Origin: a virus
DNA length: 64,000 bases
Virus record (IMG/VR): IMGVR_UViG_3300003873_000002
Coordinates: 32,001-96,000 of that record
Strand: one strand, 5' to 3'
Of the stretch, positions 20,919-30,521 are shown one piece after another. Under the pieces are notes generated by a model, which saw nothing but the letters and a program-made list of their open reading frames with translations, had not been told where the DNA came from and did no database searches. Numbering within the stretch: position 1 is the stretch's first letter; every line of letters starts with the position of its first letter. The position numbers were made by a program, and so were the translations under genes.

Positions 20919-22763
20919 ATGATTAATAAAAAAAATATCAACAATGCAATCGGATTGTTACCTGAATACCTAAAAATAGAAAACAAATATGCAAGCTCAG
21001 CCAAAACAGAATTAGAACGGCTTGACCCCAATAGTGCTGTAGTAGCCGCAGGATTAATAGACAAGATTACTAGTGAATTGCCAGAATTCAATTCATGGAG
21101 TGATTACAAAGATTTTTCTAAAGAATTCCGTTTTAGTGAAGTTTTTTCCCATCTTGATAAATCAGTTTATAACATAAAAAAATCAGAACTTTTAAAAGGA
21201 TTTTTCTCTTTTAAAGGCACACTGATTGATATAAAATATCTCACAAAAATAGCTGGATATAGTTTATCAATTTTTGAACCATCTTATTATCAACAAAATA
21301 AAAATCCATACAGAATACTCAATAGAGATTTTTGGGATGAAATGCAAAAACTCATCAATAACTACGATGAGGCTGATTTTAATGAAAGAATTAAGAAAAC
21401 TTTATACTCAAATTTAATTGTTGTTGATGGGGAAACACATTTACTCATAAATGACCATGATAAACAAAAAATAATTAATTATGACCCACTAGTTGTAAAT
21501 AATAAATATCCCGATAAGGTATTAAACCAATCATCATATATAAATAAAGATGGTAAAAGGATATTCGCATCAGAATCAAATACATTTTTATTTACACACT
21601 ATCACGGTAGCTATGTACAAACAGAAATAATCAAAAATGATCTTATTTTTGATAAATATAAACTTTCTGCTGAAGAACAGACTGCGCTTAGACATATTAT
21701 AAAACTATATAAAGATGTTGTTAATAAAACAGATGATGAACTAAATTGTCAAATTACTGCAGAGCTTTATATTGATTTAGATACAGCACCCAAGTGCAAC
21801 CATGTAGTTGATTACAATGTAGAAATACCGACTGAACAAGGCACAGATAATAAATTACAAAAAAATAATCCAGAATATGAATGTTTTAGAACAAAGCCAG
21901 TTCTTAATCTAATTCGAAATATGATAATCGGGAGATTATCACTTTGTGTTTATTTGAATCATTTATCAATTTTCTTTACTATGCATTCCTTTGCGGAAAT
22001 AATGAAACGCCTCAAAGACCACAACAATATTGATCTTACACGTGAAACATTTACTCATTATGAAAGGGAACGCGCAACAACACCCATTGAAAATATTGAT
22101 TTAATGATAGAGGTTAAAGCAGATGAAGCAGCTGATTGTGGAAATTGGCCGATCGCAGTTGGTGCTTATACACATTACAGAGTAAAAAACAATAAACCAG
22201 ATCAAGTCCGTGGGAGAATAGATAAAGAAGTTCTTGCAGCGCTTGATATTCATATGGAACGCGAAACATATGATACAAGAACAGATCATTCATATGACGA
22301 AAAACGTATTGATTTAGTAAGAGAAACACATGATTGGATGAGAAACAAAGAAGCAATTTTTGTTGATAAACATCTAATCACGAACGCAAATCCCGAACTA
22401 ATACCAGGGACATCATCCCAGTATCATTATGAATATGATTTTTCAGAGATCGATTTAAGTATTGAGACATCTGATAATTTCAAAAAAGGCCGCGAATATA
22501 TTACAGGAATTGGTAATCCAACAGAGTATTCAGTTGACAACAATAGACCATATAAGGTTCGTGGCGAAAAATTCGGGCAAATGTTTGAAGAACACCTAGA
22601 TAAAGTTGAAAGAACAAAATTTTACCCAATTAATCAATTTAATGGAAAAACTTTTATAGGGTCAACTATTATATTAAATAATGACACACAACAATATAAA
22701 ATGCATATTAAAAATAGGGCATTAATTGAACACAATAAACTAGTGCTCACTGCTTTGTTGTAA
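20919..22763 (+). CDS. Putative baseplate wedge protein (gp7-like)
   Basis: Follows gp6; FFSFKGT..DIKYL pattern. Confidence 0.5.
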   Translation: MINKKNINNAIGLLPEYLKIENKYASSAKTELERLDPNSAVVAAGLIDKITSELPEFNSWSDYKDFSKEFRFSEVFSHLDKSVYNIKKSELLKGFFSFKGTLIDIKYLTKIAGYSLSIFEPSYYQQNKNPYRILNRDFWDEMQKLINNYDEADFNERIKKTLYSNLIVVDGETHLLINDHDKQKIINYDPLVVNNKYPDKVLNQSSYINKDGKRIFASESNTFLFTHYHGSYVQTEIIKNDLIFDKYKLSAEEQTALRHIIKLYKDVVNKTDDELNCQITAELYIDLDTAPKCNHVVDYNVEIPTEQGTDNKLQKNNPEYECFRTKPVLNLIRNMIIGRLSLCVYLNHLSIFFTMHSFAEIMKRLKDHNNIDLTRETFTHYERERATTPIENIDLMIEVKADEAADCGNWPIAVGAYTHYRVKNNKPDQVRGRIDKEVLAALDIHMERETYDTRTDHSYDEKRIDLVRETHDWMRNKEAIFVDKHLITNANPELIPGTSSQYHYEYDFSEIDLSIETSDNFKKGREYITGIGNPTEYSVDNNRPYKVRGEKFGQMFEEHLDKVERTKFYPINQFNGKTFIGSTIILNNDTQQYKMHIKNRALIEHNKLVLTALL

Positions 22764-22780
22764 ATTTAACGGAGATAATT

Positions 22781-23278
22781 ATGAAATTTGAAGATGTATA
22801 CAAAAAACCAACCATGTCTGGGTTTTTACATGTATATAAAGTCGACGACAACGGAGAAGAAGAAGAAATTTTTGCTGAAAAGAATCTTGTTGTAAATCAG
22901 GCATCATGGATTTTACGCGATTTAATGTTTGGTTCAGACGATGATCGTATTTCACAAATTTATTTTGGTGACATGAATCTTGTACCCACTGACGACCTTA
23001 AAAATATTAACCCACCTGCGTTAACAGATACTGATTTGGCGAACAAGCTTTATGCAAAAGCAACAACCAAAACAATAGAAACTTATGCAGATCACCCAGC
23101 AATTCGGTATGAAACAACATTAAACAAAAACGAATTTAATGGTGATGGTGAACAGCTTATCACAGAATATGCTCTTGCGACTATCAATAATAGAATTTTT
23201 ACACGCAAAACACGAGCTGCGATTTATAAAGATAATGAAAGCACATTGAAATTTGTTTGGTGGTTAGTATTTAACTAA
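22781..23278 (+). CDS. Baseplate/fibre attachment protein
   Basis: KNLVVN...FGD...EFNG...ITEYAL...IFTRK pattern common in myovirus baseplates. Confidence 0.6.
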   Translation: MKFEDVYKKPTMSGFLHVYKVDDNGEEEEIFAEKNLVVNQASWILRDLMFGSDDDRISQIYFGDMNLVPTDDLKNINPPALTDTDLANKLYAKATTKTIETYADHPAIRYETTLNKNEFNGDGEQLITEYALATINNRIFTRKTRAAIYKDNESTLKFVWWLVFN

Positions 23279-23305
23279 AAAATTAAAAATTAAAATTAAT
23301 TTTTT

Positions 23306-23328
23306 AAAGCGCAGTTTGCGCTTTTTTT
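23306..23328 (+). terminator. Intrinsic terminator ending the + strand block
   Basis: aaagcgca-gtt-tgcgcttt followed by a T-run. Confidence 0.85.
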
Positions 23329-23543
23329 GTGCGTTTTTTTATTTGTTTTTTATTTGTTTTTTATTTGTTTTTTATTCATTTTTGTCCATTTTTGTCCATT
23401 TTTGAAATCGTGTATATTCCTTTTATACACAAATCGTTCACTTTAAGAATATTGCCAGTTTTGTAAGATATATTCATACAGATTTACACAGATTCACACC
23501 AATTAGAAATTAAAACAAAATAAAACAAAATAAATCAAACAAA

Positions 23544-23776
23544 AATTATTTAAATGCGCAGTATGCGATTATTTTTTATTGGTATACCATAAGACATTTT
23601 TAAAGATATTGTCACGTGATGAGCTTTATATTAAGTTTAATGATGAGTTTATAATGCGTTCAACGGTAAGACAATATGGGGCTTATACTGAAGTGCTGTT
23701 TATATCTACTTGAATTATTTAAATGCGCAGTATGAGATTATTTTTTTATTGGTATACCATAAGACATTTTTAAAGA
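23544..23776. repeat. ~63-bp direct repeat pair (23544-23606, 23713-23776) containing the palindrome TGGTATACCA
   Basis: Near-identical copies visible. Confidence 0.9.
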
Positions 23777-23940
23777 GATCGTCGCATACAACGCATTGTA
23801 TGAGGTTTAAACTATATTTATATCACTAAACATTTACAAACATTTACAAACATTTACAAATATTGTGCATATTTTTTATAATCATGTGAAATTTATTTTG
23901 ATTTTTATTATAAATCTTACTTTATAAACTAATCAATGGA

Positions 23941-24703
23941 TAACTTATTGATTTTAAACAGAAAACACACAAATATAAAATAATAAAACTGTAACATATT
24001 GATTTTAAAAGAGAAAACCCCACCAAATCCACATCACAAAAAAATAAATCATGATTTTGGAATGCAATAACTCGTTGAATTTAAACAGAAAAGGTCAAAT
24101 CTGTACACGTAAAAAAAGTTTTTTGGAACCATGAAATCATTAACTCGTTGAATTTAAACAGAAAACACTAAATCTGTACAACAAAAGGTTATAAATTGTG
24201 ATATCTAGAGAATTCATTAACTCGTTGAATTTAAACAGAAAAGGTCAAATCTGTACACGTAAAAAAAAGTTTTTGGAAATTGTTCTACACCATAATATCA
24301 CCAACGCGACAACCATGTCAAGCCCACGAGCACGCTCCGCTATTACATCTGAAACATATATGTTACTTAGTAATATATATTTTATATAGAAAAGTGTTTC
24401 TAATTTTACACCGTGTACAAATTTGATGTTTTTCATTTAAAATCAACAAGTTAAAAAATGCGCCTTTTTTACCCTTGGTTTAAAACAGGCCGAAAAGTGC
24501 GCAGTTTTTGAGCACATGAAAATTTTCATGTTAACTTGTTGATTTTAAACGAAATTTGTTTTTCTGATTTTCGTAAAATCATGTGAAAAACCAGCAGTAA
24601 CTTGTTGATTTTAAAAGAAAAACAAATACATTCTAAATGGGACGGTATATATGTAAAATCAACAAGTTACCACTGGTTCCTAAAGCAAAGAATCAACGAG
24701 TTA
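23941..24703. promoter_or_regulatory. Array of ten TAACTyrTTGAwT motifs (IHF-consensus-like / iteron-like); possible origin or packaging site
   Basis: Copies at 23941, 23992, 24068, 24141, 24218, 24532, 24598; inverted copies ending 24453, 24669, 24703. Confidence 0.6.
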
Positions 24704-25065
24704 CAGTCGACCCACAAAAAAAACTTTTTTGTGATTATTTATTTCTATAGGTAATTTTACGCATATTTTTTTTAAATCAGCCAGGAAATTTTGGAGATTT
24801 TTTGATGAGATTTTATGGGTTTTATAAAAATTTTTTATAAAGATTTGTACATGATTTGTACATGATTTGTATATTTTTATAAATGTGTGTAATGGATACA
24901 AAAGAACGCGCTTATTTAAGCTATATGTGACAATATTATTTTCTGACTTGGTAAGTATATTAATAGAAAGAACGCGTTGTATACATGCGTTTATGTTGTT
25001 TTATTATTAATTATCGATAGGTGATATGTAAGATTGAGTTGTCTCATGTCATTGGGCGCTGGTTA

Positions 25066-25350
25066 TTATTTGTTGTGTTTACCACAAACTTCATCCACTG
25101 CCTCAAGTTTACTATTAAGAATGTCAATTTTGATTAAGGCTTCCCTAAATTTAATACCAAGGTCATTAACAGTCATATGTTTTTCCATTTTGGGAGGCTT
25201 AACAGGCTTAATATCAGGCATTTTGCATTTAACAATCTCTATGCTGTTGATATATTTTGTTTCAGTGATGACTTTGGGTTTTGTTTGTTCCGCTGAACAA
25301 CCAATTAATATAAACGGGACTAAGCTCAGTGTTAAGAATTTTGTTTTCAT
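25066..25350 (-). CDS. o-spanin lipoprotein (Rz1-like)
   Basis: Lipobox LIGC, Pro-rich segment, overlaps the i-spanin 3' end. Confidence 0.75.
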   Translation of the reverse strand: MKTKFLTLSLVPFILIGCSAEQTKPKVITETKYINSIEIVKCKMPDIKPVKPPKMEKHMTVNDLGIKFREALIKIDILNSKLEAVDEVCGKHNK

Positions 25351-25741
25351 GCGCATTTAACTTTTCTATTATGGATTTATTTTCTAATTTAATATATTTT
25401 ATCGTTGTTTTGTTTCTGGCAATTACAAATGATAATCTTGCTGAGACCTTAGCATTAATTGATTCTAATCTTAAACGTTCATCATTTGCTTTTTTATTAT
25501 TATCATTAATAATTTTTTTAAGATCCTCTACTTCTTTGACTTTTAAATTAAATTTTTTAGTGATGAAATCTAAATTATGTTGATATGACAACCGTTGTTT
25601 ATCTATTATTAATTGCATACTATTTTTTGTTGTTGATGATCCGAATTTATACCCTGCACCAAAAACTATCACAGAAATCACAACAACCATTATAATTTTT
25701 GGGTTCAAGAATCCTTTAAGTAAATTCAATGCTATAAACAT
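25262..25741 (-). CDS. i-spanin (Rz-like)
   Basis: N-terminal TM helix plus coiled coil; start coupled to the holin stop (TAATG). Confidence 0.7.
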   Translation of the reverse strand: MFIALNLLKGFLNPKIIMVVVISVIVFGAGYKFGSSTTKNSMQLIIDKQRLSYQHNLDFITKKFNLKVKEVEDLKKIINDNNKKANDERLRLESINAKVSARLSFVIARNKTTIKYIKLENKSIIEKLNAHENKILNTELSPVYINWLFSGTNKTQSHH

Positions 25742-25974
25742 TATATTTTCCTTGATATATCTGTTACTGCATTGCCAATAAAATATGCTAGTATAATGAC
25801 TATAAAGCCCCAAATGAATGTATCTGCGTGAGCTATATCAATACCAAAACTTTCCAATGCAAGTATTATCCACAATGATAGAAATGATAGCCATGTAATT
25901 CTTCTTCTTTGCACCCAATATATTGATAATGCCTTATTATCCATATAATCGAGTATTTTTTTGCTATCAGTCAT
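25741..25974 (-). CDS. Holin-like small membrane protein (2 TM)
   Basis: 77 aa, two hydrophobic helices, upstream of the spanins. Confidence 0.6.
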   Translation of the reverse strand: MTDSKKILDYMDNKALSIYWVQRRRITWLSFLSLWIILALESFGIDIAHADTFIWGFIVIILAYFIGNAVTDISRKI

Positions 25975-26082
25975 GATATCCCTAAATTTAGTACCAAGTG
26001 TGATAATATAATAATTAAAAACTTTATTTTCTTAAAAATCATTTAAAGGCATTTAAAGGCATTTAAAGGCATTTAAAGGCAT

Positions 26083-26505
26083 TTAAAATATTTTATTGTC
26101 TGGTGTGTCATAATCAATTATTTCTAAACTTACATTTTGAAATTTGCGTTGAAATTTTGACTCGATATTTGATAAATAATCACGACATTTTATCAAATAC
26201 ATGTTTTTTAATAACTTAAAAATGCCTTTCTGATCATTTTCATTTACAATTGAAATAAAATAGCTATCTAGTAATTTATACCCCAGAATACATCTACCCG
26301 GGCTCACTAAATTGATTTTGGTGCCATGTACTTCTATAAAACCTGAAGCTGTATTGAGATTTAATTCTAAGTCCTTTAACATTAAACTTGAAGAATATAT
26401 CCCATTGCGTATATACTCATTTTTATCTTCGACTTGTCTAATAATAATTCTATTGCTATTATTATCAAACGTCATAATGGCGTAATCGTAGTTTATTTTT
26501 ATCAT
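26083..26505 (-). CDS. Hypothetical protein
   Basis: 140-aa ORF. Confidence 0.6.
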   Translation of the reverse strand: MIKINYDYAIMTFDNNSNRIIIRQVEDKNEYIRNGIYSSSLMLKDLELNLNTASGFIEVHGTKINLVSPGRCILGYKLLDSYFISIVNENDQKGIFKLLKNMYLIKCRDYLSNIESKFQRKFQNVSLEIIDYDTPDNKIF

Positions 26506-26533
26506 TTTATCTTTCTTTATTTAAAATTAAAAA

Positions 26534-26929
26534 TTATTTATTTTGGTTATTTTGGTTGTTTTGGATATTCGACTCTACTGTTCTAATTCGGTCGTTTATA
26601 TTTGTTATACGATGTCGCATTTCATTTAAATTGTCTTCTATGCGATCCATATTAGATTCGGTTTCTTTCAACGCATAATTATGCCTCATCACATCGTCGT
26701 GTAGTGTGATATATACTGTTAAAACTGGCCCTATTATTGTAATTAATAGAGCTATAATTTTAAATACATCATCCTTATCAATACCACTCTTTTCCTTTGG
26801 TGTTAATTGATGTGTTGGATATACGTAATCATCGTCGGTTACGATATATTTATTATTTTTTGTCAAATCTTCAGCCCTATCACTAACTCTTCTGTTATAA
26901 ACGCCACCATTGTTAATATTTTTGTACAT
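26534..26929 (-). CDS. Single-TM coiled-coil membrane protein
   Basis: IIALLITIIGPVLTVYITL followed by heptads. Confidence 0.6.
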   Translation of the reverse strand: MYKNINNGGVYNRRVSDRAEDLTKNNKYIVTDDDYVYPTHQLTPKEKSGIDKDDVFKIIALLITIIGPVLTVYITLHDDVMRHNYALKETESNMDRIEDNLNEMRHRITNINDRIRTVESNIQNNQNNQNK

Positions 26930-26983
26930 TTTGATACCATTTTTGACACCTTATGGTGTTGTTATTTAATGTGATGAATACTA

Positions 26984-27544
26984 TTAAATGCTGTTGAATT
27001 GTTTCATTGCGCTATCATAAATAGCGGTTACTTCTTCTTTCGATGTAGCAGATAATATTAATTTATTTAAACTGATTCTCGTGTCTTCAATCATAGCTGT
27101 CTTATTTAGCCATTCGTTATGTTTTTTAATTATGGACAATGCAATAGTTTCTTTATCTAGCCCTGTTGTTAATGATTCTCTATCAAGTATATGATATGTC
27201 CTTGTGGTGCCATTTTTTTTATCATTGATAAAATTTGAAGCTTCATCAAATTTTAATTTATAAACTACCTGTTGGCTGTAGGGTATATCACTATGTGCTA
27301 AATTTGCGAGTTCCAAAATAAGTGATTTGAAAGTATTTTTATAATCATTTAAATCAATATTATTATTTTTTGGTGTGATAATCAACCCATCACTATTTTT
27401 CATATAAATATAATTATCTGGGTTTTCTGAAATACTGATAAATTGTTCATCCGTAATTTCAATTGCATCCCCTGGTATATTATTATTCATTTTATCATCA
27501 TAAAATGCATGAAGTTTTTCATTTTTTATAGTTACATATTTCAT
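26984..27544 (-). CDS. Tail fibre assembly chaperone
   Basis: FYDD....IPGDAIEIT Tfa-like N-terminus; follows a fibre gene. Confidence 0.7.
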   Translation of the reverse strand: MKYVTIKNEKLHAFYDDKMNNNIPGDAIEITDEQFISISENPDNYIYMKNSDGLIITPKNNNIDLNDYKNTFKSLILELANLAHSDIPYSQQVVYKLKFDEASNFINDKKNGTTRTYHILDRESLTTGLDKETIALSIIKKHNEWLNKTAMIEDTRISLNKLILSATSKEEVTAIYDSAMKQFNSI

Positions 27545-27554
27545 TTTTCTAATC

Positions 27555-30023
27555 CTAATACCCCAGTGCATACCAAATTATATATTCGTTTGATGACGCG
27601 TATCTATATTTTAATTGGAACCCACCACTATATATACTTTTAATAGGGACAATTTTGCTTTCTCCAACATCCTGTGCCCAAACACCTATTGTTGCATTAT
27701 CAAAACTAAATGGAAAATAAATACTGCGCCATTTATGTGTAAAAATAGATCTATCTGTTAGATATCCCCATTGAAGTTTAATGCCATTGTCGAACTCTAT
27801 ATACCCAGTTTTTGTATTGTGTGATGTGGAATTGTCACTGTCACTGTCATTATTAAACCATGGGGCAAACCATGGAGCATCGTCATCGTCATCGTCACTG
27901 CTATGACCACTATTTTTATTTATACCAAATAAGCTAGAAAATGATGAAGTTTTATTCTTTTTAATTTCACTTTTAATTAAATCATTTAATCCGTTAATCT
28001 CGTCTGGTAAAATTTTATCATTTTTATCTTTTTTATTATCTAATAATAGTTTGATGTTTTCTACATCTTTGGTATTCTTATTTAAATCAGATATTTCACA
28101 TTTTTTGCTTAATTTATCTGTTAGGCCAATTATATTATCTATTTGGATCTTTGCTGATTTATCTATTTTTTCATTTAATTTATCACTTAAACCATTTATA
28201 TCAGTTATATCAATATTTTCGCTTCTGCTGATCTTACTATCAAGAATACTTCTTAAACCTTTGATATCATTATAATCAACATTATTAATTCTATCTTCCC
28301 ATCCATTACTTATTTTGGATAATTCGTTCCCAAGGTTTTTGATATCATCTATTTTAATATTATGTAATTTTGTGTCACAATCAGAGATAATATTATCTAA
28401 TACAATGCTTAGGTTGTTGACATCTTTGATATCTATCTTATCATTAATGTTTCTTTTATTGTCCAAAATATGTGTTAGTTCGGTAATTTCATTAATATTA
28501 ATTTGTGTATTGATATCTCTTTTCTCAGAGAGAATTTGTTTTAAATCAGCCACATTATTAATATCTATTACATCATTAATTCCGCGTTTTGTATCTAGAA
28601 CGTGTTGTAATGAATTAATCTCATTTATATTGATTTTATCTTGTATATTCCTTTTATGATTAAGAATTGATTGCAAATCATTAATTTCATTAATACCAAT
28701 GGTGTTATTAATATCACGCTTCGAATTCAATGAATCCTTTAGTCCATCAATATCACCTATAGACACCGCGCCCTTTTTAACAGTTACATTGCCTTTACTA
28801 TCTACATCAATATCACCACCACTTTTGATGCCCCCTAAAATATTGATGGTTGCAACATTTAATTCATAAATAGTATCAGTAAATAACGCATCTGCAGGGA
28901 CGTCAGATAGAATACTATGCCCGTTAACAGTTTTTGCATCTATGTGAAGATTATCAATATCTTCCTTCGTTTGATCAGAAGTAGCACCATTTTCAATACT
29001 AGCAAGTTTATCTACACTATGAATAATATCATCTTTTAGTTCATGTGTAAACGATTCGGTTGTTTCATCTAATATTTTTTTATTCTGATGTGAATGGGAC
29101 ACCTCATTTAATGCTTTGATTTCATCTGAGGTTACTGCACCATTTTTATTTATGCTTTGAATGTCGTTTTTTATTTTAGAAATATCTGAGTCAGTAATAC
29201 TTTGGCTTCTTGATAATTCGGGTATTTCACTTACCAATTTATCTTTATGTTTATCAAAAACAGCTGAGGTGCTGTCTAAGATATCTTTATTGGTATGTGT
29301 ATGTGCTACCTTTTTCAGACCATCTATAGATGCATTAACACGGGTGTCATCATAAATAGTGTCTGTAAATACTGCATCTGCTGGAACATCAGTTAAAACA
29401 CGGTTAATGTCTACTTTATTGTCTAGTTCTGCTTGCAATCCCGCAATATTAGAGACTGTTAATGCTTTAAGGGTGTCCTGATTTTTCTTGACATAATCAA
29501 CGACCTTTTGTATTGATGCAATATCACCCGCGTTTGACTCAATATAGTTTTTAATATTATCAATAAGATCTTTTAATATTTTGCCTTGTTTCGCGGATAA
29601 TGGTGCTTTACCATCCACTGTTGTTAGATTATCTATAATACTATCGATTGAAATTTTGGCGTTTAATGTATCTTGCAGTCCAGTAACATTCTCAACTGTA
29701 TGTTTGTGGCTATTGTCTTTTACAGATGCATATAATTTACCTGACATTAATTCCAATAAATTAACTGTCCCATTAACATCACCAACAAGTGTGATAGATG
29801 GGGATGGTTTGTTTATGGTGTTTTCCCAGTTCAAAAGATCAGTAGGTGATAACCCTTCCAATGTATCAGCATCAAGATTGGATCCTTTACCTTGTTCTAT
29901 AAATTGGCTATCTAATTTGCCACTACTATTAGTGATTGGTATAATGCCAGGTTTTCCTGGTATAGAAGAGACATTATCTGCGTTTAAATTAGAATCACAT
30001 TTATTACCTGGATATATAATCAT
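27555..30023 (-). CDS. Tail fibre protein
   Basis: LDADTLEG, SHKHT.ENVTGLQ, PLSAKQGKIL and ~22-aa repeats; C-terminal GIKLQWG...FP..F...WYALGY tip domain. Confidence 0.85.
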   Translation of the reverse strand: MIIYPGNKCDSNLNADNVSSIPGKPGIIPITNSSGKLDSQFIEQGKGSNLDADTLEGLSPTDLLNWENTINKPSPSITLVGDVNGTVNLLELMSGKLYASVKDNSHKHTVENVTGLQDTLNAKISIDSIIDNLTTVDGKAPLSAKQGKILKDLIDNIKNYIESNAGDIASIQKVVDYVKKNQDTLKALTVSNIAGLQAELDNKVDINRVLTDVPADAVFTDTIYDDTRVNASIDGLKKVAHTHTNKDILDSTSAVFDKHKDKLVSEIPELSRSQSITDSDISKIKNDIQSINKNGAVTSDEIKALNEVSHSHQNKKILDETTESFTHELKDDIIHSVDKLASIENGATSDQTKEDIDNLHIDAKTVNGHSILSDVPADALFTDTIYELNVATINILGGIKSGGDIDVDSKGNVTVKKGAVSIGDIDGLKDSLNSKRDINNTIGINEINDLQSILNHKRNIQDKININEINSLQHVLDTKRGINDVIDINNVADLKQILSEKRDINTQININEITELTHILDNKRNINDKIDIKDVNNLSIVLDNIISDCDTKLHNIKIDDIKNLGNELSKISNGWEDRINNVDYNDIKGLRSILDSKISRSENIDITDINGLSDKLNEKIDKSAKIQIDNIIGLTDKLSKKCEISDLNKNTKDVENIKLLLDNKKDKNDKILPDEINGLNDLIKSEIKKNKTSSFSSLFGINKNSGHSSDDDDDDAPWFAPWFNNDSDSDNSTSHNTKTGYIEFDNGIKLQWGYLTDRSIFTHKWRSIYFPFSFDNATIGVWAQDVGESKIVPIKSIYSGGFQLKYRYASSNEYIIWYALGY

Positions 30024-30024
30024 T

Positions 30025-30288
30025 TTATTTGCCTTTACTCACAACAACATCGATGGATTCAATTGGCATGTTTTGCTCATCATTGATTGTATCTGGTAGT
30101 TTCATATACACATTTGATCCACCTGGATAAACAAACGCACCATTACATGTAAAATAAATATCGGTTTTATTATCTGGTTTACTGTCACTCACATATACTA
30201 GAATATATTTATTGCTTCTGATTTGTGTATAACTTGGATTTTTTTTGGATATGAGTTGCCATTCGTGTGTAAGTGTAATTTTTTCCAT
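30025..30288 (-). CDS. Small hypothetical protein
   Basis: 87 aa, coupled to the fibre gene. Confidence 0.6.
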   Translation of the reverse strand: MEKITLTHEWQLISKKNPSYTQIRSNKYILVYVSDSKPDNKTDIYFTCNGAFVYPGGSNVYMKLPDTINDEQNMPIESIDVVVSKGK

Positions 30289-30357
30289 TTAGCATGCCCT
30301 ATATTAATAGTTTTATTTAATTTGTATTTAATAATTTTTAATAATTTTTTAATTTAT

Positions 30358-30382
30358 AAAAAAAGAGGGCAATGCCCTCTTT
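30358..30382 (-). terminator. Intrinsic terminator
   Basis: aaagagggca-a-tgccctcttt with an A-run on the + strand. Confidence 0.75.
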
Positions 30383-30521
30383 AAAATAATTCACAAAGAT
30401 TTCAGTTCGATTTTCGGTTTAATAAATTTTAATAAATTTTAATAAATTTTAATAAATTCAGTATAAAATTTATACTGAATCTTATCGAATCTTATCGAAT
30501 CTTACTGAATTTTACCGAAGA

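Noticed and set aside
5758-23278. Tailocin, eCIS or T6SS locus
   Set aside because: Major capsid and neck genes are adjacent, so this is a complete phage morphogenesis block
24068-24280. Possible mini-CRISPR array (repeats spaced 73-77 bp)
   Set aside because: Intervening sequences are not unique (copies at 24068 and 24218 share downstream sequence), copies occur in both orientations, and no cas gene is in the window
24198-24901. Short ORFs in the non-coding junction
   Set aside because: They overlap the repeat motifs, have no convincing SD and show no protein-like motifs
27830-27950. Odd DDDDDDAPWFAPWF segment suggesting an insertion or frameshift in a fibre gene
   Set aside because: The frame is intact and the segment is explained by short in-frame tandem duplications in a linker
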